Of a stretch of 20,000 nt of DNA, positions 11,865-20,000 are shown in pieces. Position numbers and translations under genes: made by a program. The notes beneath the pieces are model-generated. The model saw only the letters and a program-made list of their open reading frames with translations. It made no database searches and was not told where the DNA came from. Position 1 is the stretch's first letter; each line of letters opens with the position of its first letter. This DNA is from Chiloscyllium plagiosum. Lineage: Eukaryota. The stretch lies in contig NC_057719.1 of the NCBI RefSeq assembly GCF_004010195.1, positions 35,637,094 to 35,657,093 on the forward strand, given 5' to 3'.

Positions 11865-12620
11865 CTAATAATTCCTCCCTCTCCACTGTGATTTGTTCAA
11901 GGACATCATAGGTCTCCCCACTGATTTCAACAACTATATTATCCTTCTCTATAGTACTCTACATGTCTATTTACTCCTTTAAAATCTCACCTACATCTTG
12001 CAGCTCCATACACAGTTTGTCACACTGCCTTCTAATAGGCCTGCCTCTTTCCTTGGTTATCCTCTTGCCCCTAACATTTTTGAGAGATGTCTTTGGTTCT
12101 TCTTTTGTTTTACCTGCCAATGTTTTTTCATACTCCTTTTTACTTTTATGAATTGTCATTTAAGTAAACTTTTACAATGTCAGTATGCCTCTAGAGCTTC
12201 CAGTATTTTGAACTCTCAGTATCTACAATAAACATCCCTTTTTTTCCCTCTATTCAATCCTGTACTATCCTTGACATTTAGGGTTCACTGTACTACACTC
12301 ATTTTGAAAGGCTTCCACTCCTTTCATAGAATTTCCTGTACATTGCTGCTCCCAGTCCATTTTGGCCAGATCCTGTCTCATCAGATTAAAACTGGCTTGC
12401 CTCAATTCAGAACCTTTACTTACATTTCATTTTTGTCCATCCTACTTGAAATGTTACTGAATTATGGTCACTGTCACTGAAATGCATCCCCACCAATATT
12501 TCTACCGTTTGTCCGGTTTGTTTACCAAAAATTCAGTCGAGTACCGTGCCCTTGTTGAGATTTCTATGTGCTGACTTAAGATAAGCTCCAAAAAACATTT
12601 TAAGAATTCCATCCTTTCTG
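11865..12620 (-). mobile_element. Old CR1-type LINE, piece 3 (EN C-terminus and EN-RT linker)
   Basis: KKEYEKTLAGKTKEEPK..VRGKRITKERGRPIR..DVGEILKE, and the SDHNSVTF motif near 12450-12475. Confidence 0.8.
12602..12620 (+). repeat. L1 target-site duplication, 5' copy (19 bp)
   Basis: Identical to 18543-18561. The site reads TT/AAGA, matching the L1 endonuclease preference TT/AAAA. Confidence 0.95.
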
Positions 12621-12627
12621 GGGAATC

Positions 12628-12639
12628 CAAGATGGCGGC
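12628..12639 (+). promoter_or_regulatory. YY1-type motif at the L1 5' end
   Basis: CAAGATGGCGGC about 8 nt into the element. It matches the YY1 consensus AAGATGGCG and the position of the motif in mammalian L1. Confidence 0.7.
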
Positions 12640-12785
12640 AACCCAGCAAGTCTGAGTCTACAGTGCTCCTCCCAAGACTTGGGCAAAGTGGGTCACCCAC
12701 CCCCACCACACTCACCAAATCATTTAAAATAGCTGTTTAATTAGTTGCTTAGTATTAAATTTAAACAATCTAATCTTCAGTAAAA

Positions 12786-13643
12786 ATGACTAAAGGGAAG
12801 GGAGCCCGCAGCTCTCAGCAAGCAGGAACTCCTCCCTCATCCTCTCCAGCTGCAGCTGAGGCGTGCGCAGCCGCCCCGGGGGACTTACCTACAGTGGCGT
12901 ACCTCGTGGAAATCATCTCCAAACTGGATGCAAAGATCGACACATTTATTGAAGAATCCCGAAGTCGATGGGACTCACTCTCGGCCGCGCTGCAAAAGCA
13001 CGACCGAGACATTAAGGATATCGAGCGCCGAGTCGGAGGGGCGGAGCTAAAGGCCGCAACCTCCGAAACTACAGCGCAATCGGCCGTGGATCGGGTCCGG
13101 ACTCTCAAACAGCGAGTCCAGATCTCAGAGAATCCTATTGATGACCTCGATAATCGAGGTCGTCGAAAAAATATTCGTTTGCTGGGCCTTCCCGAACGGG
13201 AAGAGGAAGGCCAGCTTACAGCACTTCTCGAACAGTGGCTGCCACAGCTTTTAAATCTGGAGGCTGGATCAGGCCAGGTAAGGGTGGAATGGGCCTACCG
13301 GGTTGCAATACGCGGGCCCGGCTCGAACCAGCATCCCCGCCCGGTCCTGTTCCGGCTGCAGAGCTATAAGGAGAGGCAGATACTCCTAGAAGCCTCTAGA
13401 AATCTTGGAAAAGATTCCCAAGCCATGATCTATAAAGGATCCAAGATCATGTTATTCCAGGACTTTTCCCCAGCTCTGGTCCAAAAGAGGAAGGCATTCG
13501 ATGAGGCGAAGTAGTGTTAAAGGGACTTAAATATTCAGTACTCCTTACGCTACCCGGCGACGCTACGCTTTAACCATGAAGGATCAGTGTATAACTTCGG
13601 ATCGCTGGAAAAGGCTAAGGAATTTTTGGACTCGCTTAGATAA
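12786..13643 (+). pseudogene. L1 ORF1 (coiled coil + RRM + CTD), two premature stops
   Basis: Motifs DDLDNRGRRKNIRLLGLPE, VEWAYR, PRPVLFRL, FQDFSPALVQKRKAF. After TAG (13512) and TAA (13518) the same frame continues RDLNIQYSLRYPATLRFNHEGSVYNFGSLEKAKEFLDSLR* to 13643. Confidence 0.9.
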
Positions 13644-14377
13644 ATTATAAGAGATAATGGATGTTGGTTTGCCTTCCCCGAACTGCGGTTTATATCCCCC
13701 CCTTTTCTTTTATTTTACCTTACTGCTTAATATTATCTTGGGGGGTGGGGAGAGGGATTTATTTATTTATTCTCTATTTAACGATTTTCTCCTCCCCCCC
13801 TTGGGTTTTTTAAAATTATTCTATATATATAAGCCAGGGGGGTCCAACTAATGTTGGTGGGGGGAGGTGGTTACCTTATTCTATTTTACCTCTGTCTCTA
13901 GGAGCGGGGTTGTTTTCCCTTGTTATTTTGTATTATTAAATTTAATTATTATTTGTTGAGGTTGTAATTTTATAGTTATATATTTTATACATGGTGTTAA
14001 CATTACCAAATATATCCAGGTGTTGGTGTGGGTGGGGTGGGGGTAGGGTGCTCACTGTTAACTCTAGTTTTGTAGTATTCTAGAATTTGTAGAATTCTCC
14101 TCATCCTATTGGGGACTGCCTGGGTCAAGGGTGGGGCACTGGTTGGGAGAGGATACGATGTACCTTTGGAAAGGAAGTGACACCCCCTGGGAACATGGGG
14201 GAAAATCTCCATTTAAATACGTTTTATATTTTTTTTATTATTTAGAAATAGTTTTTTATTATATTGTTGTGAGTGTATTCGAGAGCCTTTATTTTTGTGA
14301 ATTTTATATGCTCTATGCTCGGGATGTTCTGGATAGGGTTTCCCCTCCTGAGGGGTCTCGGATTTGTCCGGACGATT

Positions 14378-17300
14378 ATGGTTGATCAGTCGGTTAAGTG
14401 GTGCACCTGGAATGTCACGGGGAGTAATTCGCCAATCAAAAGGAAGAAAATATCAAATCTCAAGAAAGAAAGAGTTGATATAGCTCTTCTACAGGAGACA
14501 CACCTGTTGGATAAAGAACACTTGAAATTACGACAGGGTGGATTTGATCAGGCCTTTTTTTCTTCTTTTAGCTCAAAAAGTAGGGGAGTTGTTATTCTTA
14601 TTCAGAAGAATTTCCCTTTCAAAATCCAAAATCAGATAAAAGATGAATCTGGACGATATATTCTGATTAAAGCCCTTATAAATGGAGAGGAATATGGGAT
14701 TTTAAATTTGTACTGCCCTCCGACACACCCCTTTAAATTTATAACGGAAGCCTTCTCAAAATTGGTGGCTCTTGGTGCCCATCATACAATTATAGGAGGA
14801 GACTTTAATTGTATTATGGATCCGGAAATAGATAGGATTCCCAAGAGTACTGCAGGAGTATCTCCCAGATCTCGACAATTGGTGGATCTGAATAAAGAAT
14901 TAGGATTAGGAGATGTATGGAGATGTCTTCATCCACAGGGCAGAGATTTTTCTTTTTACTCCAATCCACATAAATGTCATACCAGAATTGATATTTTTTT
15001 GCCCCCTTGATTTTTTTAAATTACATATCATCCTGTAAAATAGGTAGGATATCAATTTCCGACCACGCTGCTGTACATATGGAAATCAAGGCGAGGAACA
15101 ACGGGACATCCCCTCGGCATTGGCGTATGGACCCCTTCCTGATGAAAGATGGTAAATTTTAAAGTACTTCTCTCAAGAATTTAAAACTTTTTTAGAAATT
15201 AATTTAGGTACGGCTGGCAACCCATCAATGATGTGGGAGACCATCAAAGCTTACGCGCGAGGTTTGATCATCTCCTACTCAGTGACCCAGAAAAAATTAA
15301 AGGGAGAACAACAGCGTCTGCTCGAAGCTCGCTTAAAAGCAGCTGAAACAGCATACGCTCACAGACCTTCTATTATCAAATTGCAAAGGATTACGGCCCT
15401 TAGGACAGCTCTAACTACCACGCTTACCCAAACGACTAAGAGGGAAATATTATTTGCAAAAACAAAGGTTATATGAATTTGGCGATAAACCTGGTAGATA
15501 CTTAGCATTTCGTGCAAAGAAAAAAAGCCCCTCAAACTATCACGTCTATCAAGGAAAGTAAGGGTATTTTGACTCATGATCATAAAAAGATTAATACAAT
15601 CTTTAGAAAATTTTATTCTGATTTATATAAATCGCAGGATTGTGAAGACAGGATCAGGAGGATGCAATCATTTTTTAAAAATTTGACCTTTCTGGACCTA
15701 ACTCCGGAACAGGTATCGGACTTAAATGCTCCCCTAACAGTCCAAGAAATACTTGACGCAATCAGGCAAATTCAGAGCGGTAAGGCACCTGGCCCAGATG
15801 GCTTTCAAGCTGAATTCTATAAAGAATTTACAGGAATATTGGCTGGTCCACTTATGGACATGTATAACTACGCATACAGTCAGGGTTGTCTCCCGCCTTT
15901 GCTGAAAGAGGCAAATATCTCTCTTATCCTTAAAAAAGGATCCAGAAGATTGTGCGTCATCCTTGCTAAATGTAGATTTTAAAATCCTTTCTAAAACGTT
16001 AGCATTGAGACTAGAAAGGGTATTGCTACATATCATAAAGGAGGATCAGACGGGGTTTATTAAGGGCTGTAGATCATCCAATAATACTAGAAGGGTTTTG
16101 AATATGATTCAAGCCTGCCATCAGGGAAAGATACCAGGAGTAGTAGTCTCATTAGGCGCGGAAAAGGCATTCGATAGGGTTGAATGGTCATATTTGTTTT
16201 ACACATTGGAAAGGTTTGGCGTTGGAAAGGTGTTTACCAAATGGGTCTCAACATGGTATAGTGATCCCAAAGCAGTTGTGGTTACCAATGGATTAGGTTC
16301 GGATAGCTTCAGTATGGGTAGGGGTTGCCGTCAGGGATGTCCTCTCTCGCCATTGTTATTTACGCTAATAATTGAACCACTCGCAGAAGCTATATGGGCT
16401 GATCCCAATATAACGGCCCCGAGGATTGCTACAGGTAAACATAAAATTACCCTTTATGCAGATGATGTTCTTCGATTCTTCAGTAATCCTCTGATGTCCG
16501 TAGCTCGCTTAATCCAAGTTATTAATACATTTAGCGCATTCTCAGGCTATAAAATTAATTTCTCAAAATCAGAGGCTATGCCAATGGGTGACCTTGCTAT
16601 GATACCCCACTTAGTGACGGATCCCACTTTCCCTTTCGGTGGTCCCTGGAGGGTTTCTTATATTTAGGCATTTTTATTACCCCAGTATTTGGTCAGTTAT
16701 ACAAGGCTAACTTTGTGCATTTATTGGAAAGGATAAGGCAGGGCCTCCAGCAATAGGGAGACCTTCCAATTTCCTGGCTGGGTAGAATAGTACTAATTAA
16801 AATGAATGTCCTGCCCCGTCTCCTATACCCCATGAGAATGCTTCCGGTGATGCTGCCAAGACTGGCACTACATAAATTATCTGGCTGGTTGGGTTCCTTT
16901 ATCTGGAATCATAGACGACCCCTCATTAAGCTGAAGAAGCTACAGCTTCCACAGGCAAGGGGAGGATTGGACTTCCCAGATTTTAGGAAATATCAGTTAA
17001 GTTCCCTATTAAGTTACATAGCTGATTGGGTCTTGTCTGATCCGCAATCAATTTGGCTGGACATCGAGGCTTCTCAAGTAAAATGCCCACTTATTAACCT
17101 TTTATCTTCAGACAAGAAGAAAATCATTATGGATCACTGTAAAAACCCTATAATACTAAACACAATTAAAGCTTGGAATATAATGTGGCAAAATGAGGAC
17201 AACTCACATAAAACGTCCCCCTATGCGCCGATAGTGGGAGCATGGGGATTCCAACCGGGGTTTACAGATGCCATTTTTAAACTCTGGAGATCCAGGGGTA

Positions 17301-18161
17301 TCTCATGTCTAGGGGACCTATTTAAAGATGGGGTCCTGATGTCTTTTGAACAGCTGCATCAGAAATTCGGATTACCTAATGGAGACGTCTTTCGATACTT
17401 CCAAATTTGAGATTATATACAGAAGACGACTATGTTATTAGATAGTCTTTATAAATCAGATAGAGAATGTAGAGTACTACGACCAATGGGGGTATCTTCC
17501 GTCAGTACTATTTATCATTTAATACATGAAGAAGTATCAGGAGGTATGGACAATCTGCTTAAAACATGGGATCAGGATTTGGGTCTAGAAATCTCTATAG
17601 AAACGTCCAAATAACATTTGGGAAAACGCCAGAAGAATCACCATCTGTAACAGAGCTCAGGCTATCCAGCTGAAGATACCTCATAGGGCCCATATAGCAC
17701 CGGATCGATTGGCAAAATTTAAGGCAGGAGCATCTCCAATATGTCCCAAATGTAAAATTGAGGTGGACACTCTTGTACACTGCCTATGGACCGGTCATAA
17801 GATCCGTAGATACTGGACTAAAGTAGCAATTACCCTGACAGAAATTTTAGGAACGGAAATTAAAGTGGACCCTGTATCTCTCCTTTTGGGCTTTTCGAAC
17901 TTACCCTCCCTGGATATGCATGGGAAGAGACTATTTTCTATTCTTTCTTTCTGTGCAAGGAAAAATATTTTGGTAAACAGGGTGGCTGAGGGCCCCCCTG
18001 GACTTTCAAATTGGCACAGATTAATTATGGAATGTATTCCCCTTGACTTCCTCACAAATATGGTGCACCGAAAGGCCGAATTATTTCATAAAATATGGCA
18101 GCCCTTCTGGAATTATATGAATACAGATATTTCGGCTATCCTAACAAGGGCTTTTATTTAA
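14378..18161 (+). pseudogene. L1 ORF2 (APE endonuclease, reverse transcriptase, C-terminal CCHC), frameshifted
   Basis: EN motifs WNVTG, LLQETH, GGDFN, DVWR, TRID, SDH. RT motifs KAPGPDG, LNVDFKILSK, QTGF, AEKAFDRVEW, RQGCPLSPLLF, YADD (16455-16466), GYKINFSKS. C-terminal CPKC-x8-H. Broken over several frames in the ORF track. Confidence 0.93.
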
Positions 18162-18519
18162 TTGAGATTATGAACCTGGCTGGTCCGGGGCCCCTTGGGA
18201 GAGGAATCCCGCACGAATACGGGTTTTGTTACATTTGATGTTAACACATTCCGAGCATGTATCTCACTATCCAATTTCTGTGTTATCCATTGGTTTTTTT
18301 TTTCTTTCTATTATTTGAATAATGTAAGAGACTTAAATATACACTCTGGTTAGTTGTAGGTGAGATTAGTAGTTAGTTGAGTTTTGTATTTTTTTCTTTC
18401 TCGGTATTTTTCTTTTGTTAAATTTTGGTTATTATTTATTTAAGATTTAATTGTATATCAATGTTTGTACTTGAGAGTTTTGTTTATTTTTGTAAACTTG
18501 TAAAAAATGTTAAATTTCT

Positions 18520-18525
18520 AATAAA
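18520..18525 (+). terminator. L1 polyadenylation signal
   Basis: AATAAA 10 nt upstream of the A tract that precedes the TSD. Confidence 0.75.
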
Positions 18526-18542
18526 AATATCTATTAAAAAAA

Positions 18543-18561
18543 AAGAATTCCATCCTTTCTG
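18543..18561 (+). repeat. L1 target-site duplication, 3' copy (19 bp)
   Basis: aagaattccatcctttctg directly after the A tail. Confidence 0.95.
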
Positions 18562-19150
18562 AGACTTTCACATTCTGCGTAACCCAATTAGTATTGGGGA
18601 AGTTGAAATCCCGTATTATAACCACACCTGAAATTTGAATACATTTCTGCCTTTCTATCTCTGACTGTTTGGGGGTCCAAAGTACATTCCTATTAAGTGA
18701 CTGCCCCCTTTTTTGATTTCAGGTTCATGTAGCATATAGCCTCATTTGAGGAATAATCTAAGGTATCACCCCTTTTTATTGTAGTAATTGACTCCTTGAA
18801 CAATACTGCAACACCATCAATTCTTGTACATCTCTCCACATCTCATCGAAGATTTGGAATATTGAGTCTGCCCCTTCATTGACCATGTCTATGTGGCAGT
18901 AGTATCATCTCCCCATGTTTTAACCAGCACCCTCAACTCATCTGCCTTATGCACAACACCCTTTACAGTGAAATAAATGTCATCCAGCTTTGTTATACTC
19001 CCTTGTCTCTTTATTTGATCATATCCATTGTCTTCCACACTGACTTGTTTTTGTTCCAAAATGGTTTGTACATCACTCCCTCATGCACCTCCACTTCTCA
19101 TCCCAATACCTTGTCAAATTAGTTTAAACCCCCAACAACACTAGCACAAA
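18562..19150 (-). mobile_element. Old CR1-type LINE, piece 4 (end of ORF1 and EN N-terminal half)
   Basis: Minus strand shows ggggtttaaactaatttg (CR1 ORF1/ORF2 junction-like), LNIP, GVAVLFKESIT, PPNSQR and DFNFPNTNW. Continuous with piece 3 once the L1 and one TSD copy are removed. Confidence 0.75.
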
Positions 19151-19494
19151 CAAGCACATGAACTGCTTGTTAGCAATAAAGTAATCACATCACAACATCA
19201 GTTACCTTCTGATGACAGCTAGAAAGCAGCACCTTTTCGCATTGTTTGACTGCAATATGTTAGCAGCTGGCACAAACAACATGATGTGGTACAATTAAGT
19301 CAAGTAACCATCACATATTTTTTAAAACTAACCTATAACCACTATTCTGTAAATAAATTTCTTCCTATCTGAGCTGTTTCTTTAATCTGCAGATATCCGA
19401 AAAATAAACTTTATTAACTGCCTCAATTAATTAGAACTCAATTGTTATTGGTAACATGGAAAAAAAGCAATTAATGTGATTAATTTCTTCGGCC

Positions 19495-20000
19495 TCAAGA
19501 AAGAGACTTTGTGGAGTGCCTCAGAGATGGATTCTTAGAGCAGCTGGTGCTGGAGCCGACCAGGGAGAAGGCAATTCTGGATCTGGTATTGTGTAACGAA
19601 CCAGAATTGGTCAGAGACCTCGAAGTGAAGGAGCCATTGGGAAGTAGTGACCATAATACAATAAGCTTCAATCTGCAATTTGAGAGGGAGAGGGTATAAT
19701 CGGAAGTGACAGTACTTCTGTTGAATAAAGGGAACTATGGAGCTATGAAGGAGGAGCTGGCCAAAGTTCAATGGTGCAATACCTCAGCAGGGACGACAGT
19801 GGAGGAACAATGGCAAATTGTAAAAAGCTGCAGTCCCAGTACTGATCCCTGCGGTAAATATTTCTGTGTATAATGCAGAAGTTGCACGATCAGTTCACTC
19901 CTAAAAGGAAGAAAGATCCCAGGAGGAGGCAAGGTCGGCCGTGGCTGACGAGGGAAGTTAAGAAACATATAAAGTTAAAAGAGAAAAAGTATAACACAGC
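19495..20000 (+). mobile_element. CR1-type LINE ORF2 fragment (EN C-terminus and linker), runs off the window
   Basis: FVECLRDGFLEQLVLEPTREKAILDLVLCNEPELVRDLEVKEPLGSSDHNTISF, later PWLTREVKKHIK. In-frame stop at 19697-19699. Confidence 0.9.

Larger units (their letters stand above)
12621..18542 (+). mobile_element. Full-length L1-clade LINE retrotransposon (~5.9 kb), inactivated, antisense to the host gene
   Basis: Flanked by direct repeat aagaattccatcctttctg (12602-12620 and 18543-18561). Contains 5' UTR, ORF1, spacer, ORF2 (EN-RT-CCHC), T-rich 3' UTR, AATAAA at 18520-18525 and an A tail from 18536. The first G of the element is ambiguous with the TSD. Confidence 0.95.

Noticed and set aside
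12815..13108. 97-aa antisense ORF inside L1 ORF1 (ORF0-like idea)
   Set aside because: It is the shadow of a GC-rich coding strand, lies within ORF1 rather than the 5' UTR, and has no recognisable motif.
14273..14377. N-terminal extension of ORF2 in the ORF track
   Set aside because: Endonuclease homology begins at MVDQSVKWCTWNV (14378); the upstream part is T-rich spacer.
8779..20000. Expected upstream exon (LAYCVVQFLEKDSTLTEP-like)
   Set aside because: Not found by eye in the window; it probably lies beyond 20000, so no exon is called.

Overview
AT-rich, repeat-dense vertebrate genomic DNA. The repeat types (SacSINE1/Deu-like SINE, shark-type CR1 3' ends, Penelope remnants) point to a cartilaginous fish; this is an inference. 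Four consecutive coding exons of a PP2A B56-gamma regulatory subunit gene (PPP2R5C) lie on the minus strand (8608-8778, 8249-8376, 6005-6106, 1440-1512), all with GT-AG boundaries and matching phases. Everything else is intron. The upstream intron (8779 to >20000) holds a nested stack of elements. An old minus-strand CR1 LINE (~8870-19150) is split by a TA-flanked MITE, a second CR1 3' fragment, a Penelope-like element (GIY-YIG remnant, inverted terminal repeat, minimal hammerhead motifs) and a full-length but inactivated ~5.9 kb L1-clade LINE. The L1 has a 19-bp TSD, a YY1-type 5' motif and a ~730-bp inter-ORF spacer. The most unusual structure is a ~215-bp inverted local duplicate that sits in the Penelope hammerhead motif and preserves the L1's empty pre-insertion site. 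I see no convincing new protein-coding system; the interest lies in element architecture and insertion history.
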